64,000 bases of DNA from an uncultured candidate division Zixibacteria bacterium (GTDB lineage Bacteria; Zixibacteria; MSB-5A5; GN15; FEB-12): the NCBI GenBank assembly GCA_963664195.1, contig OY760907.1, positions 1,280,001-1,344,000 of the forward strand, in the 5' to 3' direction. Each line of letters begins with the position of its first letter. Position 1 is the first letter of the stretch. This document shows positions 18,492 to 28,799 of this stretch, in pieces. The position numbers and the translations under genes were made by a program. The notes under the pieces are model-generated. The model was not told where the DNA came from and searched no databases. It was given only the letters and a program-made list of their open reading frames with translations.

Positions 18492-19880
18492 TTACGATGC
18501 TTTTTGCAACGTTTCTGGTGTCACTTTGCCCCGGATGAAGAAGAGCAGCAACGAGACGGTCAATCCGGGGAAAATCGGCTGCACGCCTAACCAGTAGGCT
18601 TTCTCTTCTCCGCCGGATAAATACCAAACGGCCGAAATCAAGCCACTGGCAAGTATGCTGGCGAAAGCGTCACGCGATGACAGGCGCCGCCGGCCGACAA
18701 ACGAGAAAAACACCGGAACAAGCAGCGCCGGCGTCCCGATAGAACCAAACGCGTGCCAGATATCTACTACCGACCGGAAAAACAGCGCCCAGCCTATCGC
18801 CAGAACGGCCGACAACACCAACCCGATCCTCGTGAATTTCGCGACTTGATCCTCACCTATCCAGCCCATCCGACGCATGATGTCATTGCCGAAAGTGGAG
18901 GCAGCCAGAAACGAATAAGAATCAACCGTCGACATGACAGTCGCCATCAGGGCCAATGCAAACAATCCCAGCAATCCCGCCGGCAAAACGGCGGTCGCAA
19001 GCGCCGGATACGAGGCTACCGGGTCGGCCAGGTCAGGCAGAATCGCCCTCGCGTACAAACCGCACGAAGTGGTCATGAAATCAAAAAACGCCCAGCAGAG
19101 TATTGCGACAAAAATCCCGTTGCGGGCGGTCGATTCGGTTTTAGCAGCGTAACATCGTTGGAAAAAGGCAGGTTCGATCAGGGTCGCTAGCGCAATCACA
19201 TACCACGTCCCTATGTACCAGCCGGAATTTCCCCCGTTCCAGGTAAGATGCGTCTCCGGCAAATTCGCGACCAGAAAATCTAACCCGCCGTACTTACTCA
19301 CCAGCACACCCAACAGGACCGCAAACCCGACAAACATCAACCCAAACTGCAGGATATCCGTGCGCACCACCGAGTTGAACCCGCCCTGGTAAACGTACAC
19401 AATCGAGGTCACACTTCCCGCCAACACTCCCACCCAGAACGGCCAGCCAAACAACTGCTCGGCCAGGACACCGAGCATCAGGATGTAAGCCGCCGGTACG
19501 GTCATCAAATAGATGATCACCGAACCGAGCGCGGCAGTCTTGTCGCCGTAGACCTGCGCGAGACGGTCCGGAATGGTGAGCAATTCTGACTTCCGCGCTT
19601 TCTTGGCGAGAAACATCGCAAACAGAAACGCCGCCAGATAATACGGCAACCCGAACACCAGCCAGTTGGAAAGCCCGTACGAGTAACTGTACTCGCCAAC
19701 TCCGAGAATTCCCCCGTACCAGGTCGAGACCAGAGAGGCCACCAATGCCGGCAAGGTCAGCACACGTCCCCCGAGTATCATCCGGGAGGCGCTGCTGTCA
19801 CGTTCTAGTCGTTTGACAAACCCCAGTACCAGAAGGAGTACGAGGTAGCCGACAATGAGGGCGTAATCAAACAGAGTCAT
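18492..19880 (-). CDS. Sodium:solute symporter (probable thiamine/precursor uptake)
   Basis: Multi-TM SSS motifs (STWYGG, SVVRTDILQF, FFQRCYAA, ATVMSTVDS); downstream of TPP-regulated receptor. Confidence 0.85.
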   Translation of the reverse strand: MTLFDYALIVGYLVLLLVLGFVKRLERDSSASRMILGGRVLTLPALVASLVSTWYGGILGVGEYSYSYGLSNWLVFGLPYYLAAFLFAMFLAKKARKSELLTIPDRLAQVYGDKTAALGSVIIYLMTVPAAYILMLGVLAEQLFGWPFWVGVLAGSVTSIVYVYQGGFNSVVRTDILQFGLMFVGFAVLLGVLVSKYGGLDFLVANLPETHLTWNGGNSGWYIGTWYVIALATLIEPAFFQRCYAAKTESTARNGIFVAILCWAFFDFMTTSCGLYARAILPDLADPVASYPALATAVLPAGLLGLFALALMATVMSTVDSYSFLAASTFGNDIMRRMGWIGEDQVAKFTRIGLVLSAVLAIGWALFFRSVVDIWHAFGSIGTPALLVPVFFSFVGRRRLSSRDAFASILASGLISAVWYLSGGEEKAYWLGVQPIFPGLTVSLLLFFIRGKVTPETLQKAS

Positions 19881-19886
19881 GTACGC

Positions 19887-22322
19887 TTAGAACAACTCAA
19901 GTGATATCTGCCCGAAGAACGTCCGTTCCGGCGCGACGAAATACTCGGCCCAGCCACCGGCGCTCGCACCTTCTTTCCAATTGCCGCCGTAGCCGGAGAA
20001 CTCGTATTTCTTGTCGCCGAGATTGTCAATCCGACCCGTCAACGTCAGACGCCCCATGTTCAGGAAGTCCTCAAACGTGTATCCGGCCGAAACCGAAATC
20101 ACTGCGTACGGATCAAGCGACAGGTCGTCGATATTCCACAGCTCGACATACCGACGTCCCACAAACCGCAGCCGCCCGGTGAGGCTGATGCCGCTGTTGT
20201 CGTAGCTGACAATTGCATTGCCGATGTAATCCGGGAAACCGGTGGTTGTTTTGTCTTTGAAGTCAAGGCCTTCGACGTTGACATACTCCTTAATGCGGTT
20301 GTAATTGTAGGAGAAATTGGCATAGCACGTGAGCGAGTTTGACGCGCTCACCGTCAACGCTGTTTCGATCCCCGAGTGCATGGACCGGTCGGCATTGGTG
20401 GTGATAGGCAAACCCATATCATCCACACCGCCCTCAGGAATGATCTCGTTTCTGAATTCCATCCAGAACAGGTTCACCTCGGCCGAGAGCAGTCGTGCCC
20501 GGAAGGTGCCACCCAGCTCGAAATCATACACGCGCTCGTTTTTCGCGGTCGGATCACCGAACGTGGGAAGCCCGTCGACACCAACTCCGGTGACCTTGAG
20601 TGAAGGCACAAGTCCCGGATCGTTGGCGTCATAAATCGAGGCGTCGGTCGGCGTCCGCGAAGACACCGCAAAATTCCCAAACAGGCTGGCCTGCTCAATT
20701 AACTTGTAATTGAGGCCCAAACGGGGAGAGAAGAAAAGCCAGTTGACATCGTATTGATATCCCGCAAACGCGCCGATCTTCTCCTGATCGAAATCGTACG
20801 ACTGGAACCGAAGCCGCCCTGTTGCCTGCGCAGACAAACGGTCAGTCAGTTCGTAATGCTCCTGCACATAGAAAGACCCCTGCCATTTCTTGCCGAAGTA
20901 CTGATAGTACTTGTGTCGCGGATCAAGAGTCCCTCTAATATGCTGCGCCCAGACAACTTCGCCGTGGTGATCGGACTCGAAGTAATACATCGAACCACCA
21001 ATCGTATGACTGCCGCGCTCGTGGCGTATTTCCAGTCGCGGCGTCCAGCCGATTTGGTTTTTCGTCACCCACTGCTGACGCACAAGATCACCGAATCCGT
21101 ACGGAGCGTCGAGAGAGTCCACCTCCACCATCGAGGGATCAATGTTATACTCGGCAAAGTCTCTGCCATCTTTGTACTGTTCGTAGTAGCCGTTGCCGTG
21201 GATATAATACAGAGTGTTGTGCAGCATCGCGTTTCCGCTCAGACGATACGTGTTGTGTAAATGATAATGCGGCTGATTGAAATTGTCCGTCTCGTTCCGA
21301 TAGGTGAGCGGATTCGCAAAACGATTGGCCGTGATGTCCTCTCGCCCCGAACCCCAGTACGCCAGATGCGCCTTCACCGGACCGCCGTAGATGTACAGCT
21401 CGGTCGTCATTTTCGGATCGAGCCGCGCCAGCGAGAAATAATACGACCAGCCCCGGTACCAGGAGTTCTCACGGTACCCGTCGGAGTTCTGCCGCGAGAA
21501 CCGTCCGCTGAAATGCCACCGACCGTCGATCAGACCCGAGGAGTATTCCACACTCTGTTTGTGATAATAACTCGCACGATCTCCCGTGCGTTCGTACGCA
21601 CCAACCCCTGACGTGATTTTCGTTCTCTGTTCACGCGACAGCGAGTTGGTGACGATATTGATTGATCCGCCAAATGAGGCGTCACCGTAGAGCGAGTTCC
21701 CCACCCCGCGCTGCACCTGGATGTCATCGACATTGGCAGCGAAATCCGGCAGATCGAAAAAGTACGTCGCCTGATCCTCGGGGTCGTTCAGCGGAACACC
21801 GTTTATGTAGGTCGTGATCCGTTTGTCGTCGAACCCGCGAATACTCGCGTACGAGTACCCGAGCGAACCGCCGTCGGTGTACGCAAAGAAGTTCGGGGTT
21901 GATTCCAGCAGTACCGGGAACTCCGTGATGGCGTAATCGCGCTCGATTTCCTTGCGTGAGACGTTCGAGAACGCTACCGGGTCAACGCCGGTCTCGGCGC
22001 GATCGCCGCGCACGAGAATATCGGTCCCGCGATAATGCCTTGCTTCAAGCACGACAACTTCGGGGACTTCGTCGATTGTGAACTGACGGGATACATACCC
22101 CACACAGGAAATCGTCACCCGCAAGGCTTCGTCGAGCTTTGAACCCTTGAGCGTGAACCAGCCGTCATCATCGGTCTGCGTTCCAAACCCGTGTACGTCG
22201 GTGATAACTGACACAGACGGCAGCGGTTCTCCTGATTTGCTGGTGACGCGTGAATGCAGCTCCGCACCGAATGCCGGGGACATCAGCAGGAGCGAAGCGA
22301 AAATGGTTGAGATAAATCTCAT
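19887..22322 (-). CDS. TonB-dependent receptor (probable thiamine receptor)
   Basis: Plug IRGF..INGVPLND, IQVQRG.G.SLYG; terminal Phe; TPP riboswitch upstream. Confidence 0.9.
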   Translation of the reverse strand: MRFISTIFASLLLMSPAFGAELHSRVTSKSGEPLPSVSVITDVHGFGTQTDDDGWFTLKGSKLDEALRVTISCVGYVSRQFTIDEVPEVVVLEARHYRGTDILVRGDRAETGVDPVAFSNVSRKEIERDYAITEFPVLLESTPNFFAYTDGGSLGYSYASIRGFDDKRITTYINGVPLNDPEDQATYFFDLPDFAANVDDIQVQRGVGNSLYGDASFGGSINIVTNSLSREQRTKITSGVGAYERTGDRASYYHKQSVEYSSGLIDGRWHFSGRFSRQNSDGYRENSWYRGWSYYFSLARLDPKMTTELYIYGGPVKAHLAYWGSGREDITANRFANPLTYRNETDNFNQPHYHLHNTYRLSGNAMLHNTLYYIHGNGYYEQYKDGRDFAEYNIDPSMVEVDSLDAPYGFGDLVRQQWVTKNQIGWTPRLEIRHERGSHTIGGSMYYFESDHHGEVVWAQHIRGTLDPRHKYYQYFGKKWQGSFYVQEHYELTDRLSAQATGRLRFQSYDFDQEKIGAFAGYQYDVNWLFFSPRLGLNYKLIEQASLFGNFAVSSRTPTDASIYDANDPGLVPSLKVTGVGVDGLPTFGDPTAKNERVYDFELGGTFRARLLSAEVNLFWMEFRNEIIPEGGVDDMGLPITTNADRSMHSGIETALTVSASNSLTCYANFSYNYNRIKEYVNVEGLDFKDKTTTGFPDYIGNAIVSYDNSGISLTGRLRFVGRRYVELWNIDDLSLDPYAVISVSAGYTFEDFLNMGRLTLTGRIDNLGDKKYEFSGYGGNWKEGASAGGWAEYFVAPERTFFGQISLELF

Positions 22323-22426
22323 GACAGTAACCTCCACTAAACAATTACGTGTTCAGCAAGATTCCGGTCCTGAGTCGATAGGTATGCCCGCGAATAAGCA
22401 GGCCGGGGGGATGCTTGGTCGCATTC

Positions 22427-22507
22427 TCCGTTTCCCTACGCCGGTATTACCCGGATCAGGTCGAGGGGGTATATTCTCAGGCGGTCTTTTACGCCACCCC
22501 CAACGGA
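22427..22507 (-). ncRNA. TPP riboswitch
   Basis: GGGGUG...CUGAGAAUAUACCC..GACCUGAUCCGGGUAAUACCGGCGUAGGGA with P1 UCCGUU/AACGGA. Confidence 0.95.
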
Positions 22508-22683
22508 ATATTGTATTCGCAGATAAACTACGGGGGAATGGGTCGTGAGCGCAAGCGCTTTCTGGGCCTTGCGATTCAACGGGGCCTCGGGTGGCCGGGT
22601 CAAACTTGCTTTGGCCCGGATTCCAACCCCCTCCAAACAAGTTTGAAGGGGCCACCCAGACCGCGACAACGTACCCTGCGCGT

Positions 22684-22744
22684 GACACCCTCAAGCGATT
22701 TGATACCCACCCCATCAAGACGCCTTCGCCCGCTTGAGGGTGTC
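22684..22744. repeat. Palindromic element (CACCCTCAA family, copy 1)
   Basis: 14-bp perfect inverted repeat GACACCCTCAAGCG/CGCTTGAGGGTGTC. Confidence 0.7.
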
Positions 22745-22772
22745 TTCGGGCGACCGAACAACAATTCGTCGA

Positions 22773-22801
22773 TTGACATGACAAGCCCAATCATGTAGAT
22801 T
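22773..22801 (+). promoter_or_regulatory. Sigma70-type promoter of two-gene island
   Basis: TTGACA-17nt-TAGATT. Confidence 0.6.
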
Positions 22802-22878
22802 TATGGCGATCATAAATAGCACATACTCATTGTAGCTTTTTTCGACAAGAATATCCGAATTGTTTTGGGGAAACACTA

Positions 22879-23538
22879 ATGAGCATTGAACTCAAACCCG
22901 AAGAACAGAAGCTACGCGACGATGTACAGATTGCTCTCGATACTGTGAGAGAGACATTGATGGGCTCTCTGATTGATGACGAGAAAGCGGGCGAGCAAGT
23001 AAGAAAGATGGGCGAGATGGCTCATCAACTGCATTTGGAGCTGAAACAGCGAGGAAATGAACCCAAACACCATGCCTACATGATCGAGAACAGAGGATTG
23101 TCCCCCGATCACGATGAATTCTATATGCACGTTCATCCAGTGGAGGACTTACTGGCATTCATCGACGACCCGCACGCAAATGATGATCCCGTGGATCAGA
23201 CCGTTGGAGATGAGTTTAGCTTCACTGTGGACTTAAGGCGGTGGGGACACCCAGATACATACAAGCTCACGAGAACGGACATGGGATGGGATGTTGCGCA
23301 GGCAACTCACAGGGGACCCTGCGATAAGACTGGACACCCTGTACTGTACTCAAACTTCACCAATGATCAGGTCTATTATCCATCTGCTCTCAAGCGCCGT
23401 TTGGAGTGGGTTTGGAATCAGGCCGCCGAGCACGGGCTGACTCACGATAATGTCCAAGATGCCCTCGATCAATTAGCGCATTGGGTGAAATCGACAACGG
23501 AGAATGCTCCTTCTGGCGATATCTGGGAGGGTTGCTGA
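22879..23538 (+). CDS. Hypothetical protein
   Basis: 219-aa ORF with RBS; stop overlaps next start (TGATG). Confidence 0.75.
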   Translation: MSIELKPEEQKLRDDVQIALDTVRETLMGSLIDDEKAGEQVRKMGEMAHQLHLELKQRGNEPKHHAYMIENRGLSPDHDEFYMHVHPVEDLLAFIDDPHANDDPVDQTVGDEFSFTVDLRRWGHPDTYKLTRTDMGWDVAQATHRGPCDKTGHPVLYSNFTNDQVYYPSALKRRLEWVWNQAAEHGLTHDNVQDALDQLAHWVKSTTENAPSGDIWEGC

Positions 23539-24245
23539 TGAGAAGTTCTTCCTACCAAGCACCCGCTACGTCTAGCGGGGTTGTGACGTTCCTTGATGTC
23601 CTCGGTTGGAAAGGCGTTTACAACCGCATTCAGAATGCAACGGTCGTTCTGAGCGATCTTGTGGATGGTCTTCGGAAACAGGGGGTGAAGCACCGTGGCA
23701 AAGTACAAGGAGAGGTGGACGTTAAGAGCATCTCTGATACTATCGCCATATTTACGAAGTGCAGGGCCAGCGAAGCCTCAAAAGCCATAGACATTCACGG
23801 AGTGCTGGCCCACCATGCGATCCGCCAATCGATTAGCAAAGAAATCCCTCTTAGGGGTGCTATCTCATACGGCGACTTCGATATCCAGCAGAACATCTTT
23901 GTGGGTAAGGCTGTTGATGAAGCAGCGTCGTGGCACGAACACGCTGATTGGATAGGAGTACATCTCACACCGTCCGCGGAGTATGTCTTTGTCGAGGAGG
24001 AGGGTAGCAGTCTCTGGGTGAGATACTCTCCGCCAAACAAACTGCCATTGCACTGGAGTCCACATTGCGTCAACTGGACATACAAGTGGGATGATCGAGA
24101 GTTGGAAATCGGAAGAGTAAAGGACATATTCAGAAGGCTTGGGCCAATTGTCCCCGAGATTGCGGTGAAACTGAACAATACCCTCAATTTCATAAGCGCG
24201 ACGGGAAAACAGCCCGCGATGAGATGGTCTAACAGATTCGAGTGA
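23538..24245 (+). CDS. Stand-alone divergent class III nucleotidyl cyclase-like protein
   Basis: FLDVLGWK, ISDTI (two metal-binding Asp), LRGAISYG, GKAVDEAA. Confidence 0.75.
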   Translation: MRSSSYQAPATSSGVVTFLDVLGWKGVYNRIQNATVVLSDLVDGLRKQGVKHRGKVQGEVDVKSISDTIAIFTKCRASEASKAIDIHGVLAHHAIRQSISKEIPLRGAISYGDFDIQQNIFVGKAVDEAASWHEHADWIGVHLTPSAEYVFVEEEGSSLWVRYSPPNKLPLHWSPHCVNWTYKWDDRELEIGRVKDIFRRLGPIVPEIAVKLNNTLNFISATGKQPAMRWSNRFE

Positions 24246-24257
24246 CGCGCTGACTCC

Positions 24258-24285
24258 GGCGGGTTCGAAGACGGACCCGCCCTAC
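24258..24285 (-). repeat. GTAG-type REP-like palindrome
   Basis: GTAGGGCGGGTCCGTCTTCGAACCCGCC; second copy at 47365. Confidence 0.65.
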
Positions 24286-25067
24286 CCCCGCCTGAAAAAA
24301 CCCTCGTTGTACCGGTGCTTGATCTCGAAACCAAGTTTTTCGTAACACGCGATCGCTGGCGCATTGCCATCCTGCACGTTCAAACAAACCGACTTTCCCT
24401 CGGACACAAGTTCCGCAGCTACGCGAGAGGTCACCGCGCTGCCGATCCCCTTTCCCCGAAAATCGGGATGCGTCGTGATATTCCCCAACACCCCGATATT
24501 GAACTCGTTCGAGTGCACGTGCACCCCTGCCACCGCAACAATGCGACCATCGACCACACACCCGAAATACTTCCCGGTTTGTAGCATTCGCGTCACAAAG
24601 TAATTGCCCGGATACGCCGCTTGATACAACTCCAGCAGAGCCGCCTCGTGCGAAGTATCCAATCTCTGAATCTCTTCGGCCCATCGACCGGAATCATCCG
24701 CACGGAAATCAACCAGCTTCATCTTGCAGTGTGATCCAAGATCCTCGAACTCAAAGGACTCGGTGAGAATGACTTTCGATCGCGACTGAAAATGGCAGTG
24801 GAAACTCTCTGGAAGGAGCGGAATCATCTCTCTTAAAAGATGCGGGAATTTCTCCGATACGCCAAACGCCAAAACGGTCGGCGCGGCGAGGTCACGGTAT
24901 ACTAGAATGCAATCGTCGATACGCGGTGACAGGCCATACGTCGCCGCCCATTGACAGTGCTCGAAATGAAACTCGTCCAGATCACCGATGTGATAAGCAA
25001 ACAGGACCGGGTCCTTCCGGAAATGCTCGAGCAGGCGTTTCTTATCCGAAGTAAATATCAGCGGCAT
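24282..25067 (-). CDS. GNAT family N-acetyltransferase (FR47-like)
   Basis: NITTHPDFRGKGIG, NAPAIACYEKLGF. Confidence 0.9.
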   Translation of the reverse strand: MPLIFTSDKKRLLEHFRKDPVLFAYHIGDLDEFHFEHCQWAATYGLSPRIDDCILVYRDLAAPTVLAFGVSEKFPHLLREMIPLLPESFHCHFQSRSKVILTESFEFEDLGSHCKMKLVDFRADDSGRWAEEIQRLDTSHEAALLELYQAAYPGNYFVTRMLQTGKYFGCVVDGRIVAVAGVHVHSNEFNIGVLGNITTHPDFRGKGIGSAVTSRVAAELVSEGKSVCLNVQDGNAPAIACYEKLGFEIKHRYNEGFFRRG

Positions 25068-25109
25068 ATGTTGCAGTGTCTTTTGGTACGTGCGAAGCTG
25101 CCCGCGTAC

Positions 25110-25307
25110 TTAGCCTTTGATCTGGGTGAGTTTGTCGATTACTTCGTCGAGCTGGTCACGTCTGAAGGTCACTCCCTTTTTGGTCGGGAGCCATTCTTCT
25201 TCCTTGCTCAGGAAATAGATTCTCAGCGTTACAAGCTCATGCCCCTTGTACTCTGAGTCTTCGATGATCAATTTTTCAGTCTCGGAGCGTTCCAGTTCAA
25301 ATCTCAT
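25110..25307 (-). CDS. PC4/YdbC family ssDNA-binding protein
   Basis: EYKGHELVTLRIYF...WLPTKKGVTF. Confidence 0.85.
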   Translation of the reverse strand: MRFELERSETEKLIIEDSEYKGHELVTLRIYFLSKEEEWLPTKKGVTFRRDQLDEVIDKLTQIKG

Positions 25308-25375
25308 CTTGCGATCCCCTTCTACGATGGTATTGCGTAGTGCCCTTGTTTGCTCGCAACAGTTTCAGTATAGCT

Positions 25376-25873
25376 CTAGCGTTTGTAACCAATCTGGCGA
25401 AGAAACGCGACCCTCTCCGCCTTGTCATCCGGCCCTTCGATATCCAGCGGCGGATAACCGTCGATTACCCCGAGCACCCCCCTGCCTTGACTGGTTTCAG
25501 CGACCAGCACCTGGATCGGGTTGGCGGTGGCACAGAAGATTCGGCAAACCTCGTCGACAGCCTTCACCCGGCGCATGACATTGATCGGGAAACCGTCGCG
25601 AAGATATATCACAAACGAATGCCCGCAGCCGATATCAAACGCGGTCTTCTGTGCTTTCTTGATCAGTGCGTCGTCGTTGCCGTCGAAACGAACCAATCGC
25701 TTCTCCGAGGCTTCACAAAAGGCGATGCCGAACTTCAGCGACGGCGATGCACCGACCAGCGCCTCATACAGATCCTCAACCGTCTTAATAAAGTGCGACA
25801 TGCCAATGATGATATTCAGCCCCTCCGGGATATCAACCTTGACAATATGCTGTCTGAAAATACTCTCAGTCAT
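25376..25873 (-). CDS. Adenosine-specific kinase family protein (DUF355)
   Basis: SHFIKTVEDLYE, FCEAS, IFCATANP, GRGVLGVIDG. Confidence 0.9.
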   Translation of the reverse strand: MTESIFRQHIVKVDIPEGLNIIIGMSHFIKTVEDLYEALVGASPSLKFGIAFCEASEKRLVRFDGNDDALIKKAQKTAFDIGCGHSFVIYLRDGFPINVMRRVKAVDEVCRIFCATANPIQVLVAETSQGRGVLGVIDGYPPLDIEGPDDKAERVAFLRQIGYKR

Positions 25874-26669
25874 CTTCCACCTCTACAAAAATGGAGTCGG
25901 CCAGCCCGACATTGATTTCCGGATTGCGATAATACTCGGTCCCGGCAAATTCCACACCGATAAACAGCGCCGCCTTGCCTTTTCCCTGGATATCAAACTG
26001 CTGTGGCAGCCAGAAACCGTCGCGGGTCGGCCCGTACATAATCGACAGGTTCAACTCCTTGAGTTTGAACATCGTTTTCTTAACCAGCCTGGCAGGAGAA
26101 AAATCCACTCGTACCAAATGAAACGACGCTGCCTCGAAATAGAAGTCGCCGTTGATCAGACTGTCAATCTCCTCTTGTGCCGTCACTCTGAAGCGGTGAC
26201 ACACATATCCGTCGACTTCCCCTCCGGCCAGCCCGATATACCGGATGTTGTACCGTGCGCGGTTTGCCGGCATGAACGGCTTGAGCATGTTTACGGAGAT
26301 GTCTCTCCCGCCCCGCTTGCGCTTTTTCTCCTTACGATCGCGCGCTTCGCTGCGAAGGTCCTCCTCGCTCTTCAACTCGCCGTCTTTGTAATACCGGAGA
26401 AAATCCTCGCGGAACAAGGCGGTGTCTTCGTCGTACCGCACATACACTTTTTTTAGAAAACGGACCTTGTCTTTGTACGCCTCGCCGTCAGCCTCCCGCT
26501 CGACATACTCGGCGTCGAAAACTACGTCGCGCACCTCAAGCCGCTGCTCACCGTCGACGGCAAGAACTCGCTCAATCAGCGCTTCGGGGTCGATCCCCCC
26601 GTGAGTGTCCGCCGCCGACACCGATACGGCCAGCAGCAAAAACAGCAACATGCTTCTGAACGGGACCAT
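25866..26669 (-). CDS. Secreted hypothetical protein
   Basis: Signal peptide, beta-rich C-terminus, overlaps next gene. Confidence 0.7.
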   Translation of the reverse strand: MVPFRSMLLFLLLAVSVSAADTHGGIDPEALIERVLAVDGEQRLEVRDVVFDAEYVEREADGEAYKDKVRFLKKVYVRYDEDTALFREDFLRYYKDGELKSEEDLRSEARDRKEKKRKRGGRDISVNMLKPFMPANRARYNIRYIGLAGGEVDGYVCHRFRVTAQEEIDSLINGDFYFEAASFHLVRVDFSPARLVKKTMFKLKELNLSIMYGPTRDGFWLPQQFDIQGKGKAALFIGVEFAGTEYYRNPEINVGLADSIFVEVEDD

Positions 26670-26671
26670 GG

Positions 26672-28666
26672 CTATCCTCGCCGGATAATGATCGTTTCTA
26701 TCACGTCGCCCTTCACAATACTATCCACTACATCTATCCCTTCCAGAACCTGTCCGAACACCGTGTAGTTCGCGTCCAGTCGCGGTTGCGGTGAGAGAGT
26801 GATGAAAAACTGTGAGCCGCCGGTGTCCTTGCCCGAGGTGGCAATACCGACTGTACCGCGAATGTATGGTCTGTCTGAGTATTCACATCGAATATACCAC
26901 GGGGGACCGCCCCAACCGTCGCCGCGCGGGTCTCCCCCCTGGATGACGAAATTCGGCACCACGCGATGAAACCTCAGACCGTCATAAAAGCCGTCCTCGG
27001 CCAGTTCAATGAAATTCATCACCGTCAGCGGCGCGACATCAAAAACCAGCTCAATCTCAATGTCCCCTTTCGAGGTACGAATAATCGCCTCCGGATTGAC
27101 CTTGTACCTTGTAATCGCTTTTGCGATCTCACGTTCGGTTACGCGCGTCTCGGCTGGCGCGGCCAGATTGTCACGGTTCTGTCCGCTCTTGGCCTTGTAC
27201 ATGGCGGCAGCCTCTCGGCGGACGATGTAATCCGGATCGAACAGTTCCTTGATCAGCAGAGCCGTCATGACACTGTCACTGCCAGCCTTTTCGTACAACT
27301 CGCCGACCGCCTCTACCAGCGAACGACGAATATCAATGTCGATCCCGCCCCCGAGATTGATCATGGCCTCAATATCCGGAAGGTATGCCGTCAGCTTGTG
27401 GGTCGATATCTGGTTCAGGGCCAGTACCACCGGAATCGGATCCGGGTCGACCAATCCTTTCTGAATGTAGAAATCCAGATTAGTCGAGTCGAGCGTCACC
27501 AGCACTTCGAACGCACTCCCCCGAACCATCGGGTCCTCGTCGCTAAACAATACCGCCACTCTGGAGATCACGCTGGTTTCATTAACCAGTCCCAGCGCGT
27601 CGGCACAGGCAGCCCTGACCTGCGCCACCGGCTTTCCGTTGAGAACGGAATCGATCAACGCAACCGCCCGATCCTTCTGGACCGCAGCAAGGTAGGTCAC
27701 GGAAGCCGCGACGATGTTATCGCTCACACCGGACCGCACGTGCATTCTTGCATCCTCTGCCGACAGATTGCTTTCGAGTGCCTGTAGGGCGTTCAGAATA
27801 CTCACGATTAGCTTCTCGTCAGTAGTGCGTCGCAACTTGGCAGAGAGGTAATCCCCTGCCCGGTTGCCGCCGAGCACGCGAAGTCCGGCAACGGCCTGCG
27901 CCACCACTCGATTGTCACTGTCGTTTAGCGACAGGGCCAGCAGCCGTTCGGCATCGGGGGAGGTCGACCGCGCCAATCCTGCCAGGGCCAACATGCGGGC
28001 ATGCGGGTCGGGGTCGGTCTGGTAGCGGATGAACACATCGGCGGCTTTTTCTATCTGAAGCCGGGACAGCGTGTACAACGCCGCCAACGATGCGGACTTG
28101 TCTTTTTCAGCCTCAATGAACGGAATCAATTGCTCCGCAGTCCGCCGGGCATTGGCATTAAGCAGCGCAAGGCAGGCCGAGACACGAACTTCCGGCGCCG
28201 GATGCACAAGGTAACTGACCAGTTCATTGGCAACTTCAGGCATAGTCGAGTCTGCCAACCGACCGGCAGCTTCCACAGCCTTGGCCGTGATACTCGCCGG
28301 GAGGTTCTGTGCTGCCGCAAGGAGCGGCATCGCGAGCTCTTTCTGCCCGGTCAACCCTATCCCGAACGCAGCCGTACCGGCAACACGGATTTCAGGATCG
28401 TTGACCATCTTCATCAGCAAAGGGCCTGCCTCGACCCCGCCTATACGACCCACTGCCAGGATGGCACGCTTGCGGACCTCGACCGAGTCATGCTCAAGAA
28501 ACGCTTCCAGGTCGGTGTCCAGAGTCCGTTGATCCTCAAGATGAATGATTTCAGCGAGTAGCTCCGGAGTCGTGCGCTCACGGAATACATCCCACAGGGA
28601 GTAGGCAGCGAGGGCGAACAGAACCACGGCGCCCACTGTCGCAATTGCGGTAAGTTTTGATTTCAT
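26672..28666 (-). CDS. HEAT-repeat + cyclophilin-type peptidyl-prolyl isomerase
   Basis: HEAT repeats; FYDGLRFHRVVPNFVIQGGDP, DTGGSQFFIT. Confidence 0.92.
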   Translation of the reverse strand: MKSKLTAIATVGAVVLFALAAYSLWDVFRERTTPELLAEIIHLEDQRTLDTDLEAFLEHDSVEVRKRAILAVGRIGGVEAGPLLMKMVNDPEIRVAGTAAFGIGLTGQKELAMPLLAAAQNLPASITAKAVEAAGRLADSTMPEVANELVSYLVHPAPEVRVSACLALLNANARRTAEQLIPFIEAEKDKSASLAALYTLSRLQIEKAADVFIRYQTDPDPHARMLALAGLARSTSPDAERLLALSLNDSDNRVVAQAVAGLRVLGGNRAGDYLSAKLRRTTDEKLIVSILNALQALESNLSAEDARMHVRSGVSDNIVAASVTYLAAVQKDRAVALIDSVLNGKPVAQVRAACADALGLVNETSVISRVAVLFSDEDPMVRGSAFEVLVTLDSTNLDFYIQKGLVDPDPIPVVLALNQISTHKLTAYLPDIEAMINLGGGIDIDIRRSLVEAVGELYEKAGSDSVMTALLIKELFDPDYIVRREAAAMYKAKSGQNRDNLAAPAETRVTEREIAKAITRYKVNPEAIIRTSKGDIEIELVFDVAPLTVMNFIELAEDGFYDGLRFHRVVPNFVIQGGDPRGDGWGGPPWYIRCEYSDRPYIRGTVGIATSGKDTGGSQFFITLSPQPRLDANYTVFGQVLEGIDVVDSIVKGDVIETIIIRRG

Positions 28667-28769
28667 AAGTGGTTCGAATCTACGGAGCCCGCTTTTCAGC
28701 GTCAACTCTTTTAATCACGGCCGCTCTGTAGGTTATGAGCCTGAAGAGGCGGGGCGACACCCGTGCCAC

Positions 28770-28799
28770 AAAAAAAGCCCCTGATGGTCAGTCAGGGGC
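28770..28799 (-). terminator. Rho-independent terminator
   Basis: GCCCCTGA...TCAGGGGC-TTTTTTT. Confidence 0.8.

Noticed and set aside
22353..22798. ORFs overlapping the riboswitch region
   Set aside because: The region is explained by the TPP riboswitch, hairpins and promoters
22550..24290. Integron cassette or IS interpretation of the two-gene island
   Set aside because: No convincing attC site, integrase, transposase or target-site duplication seen
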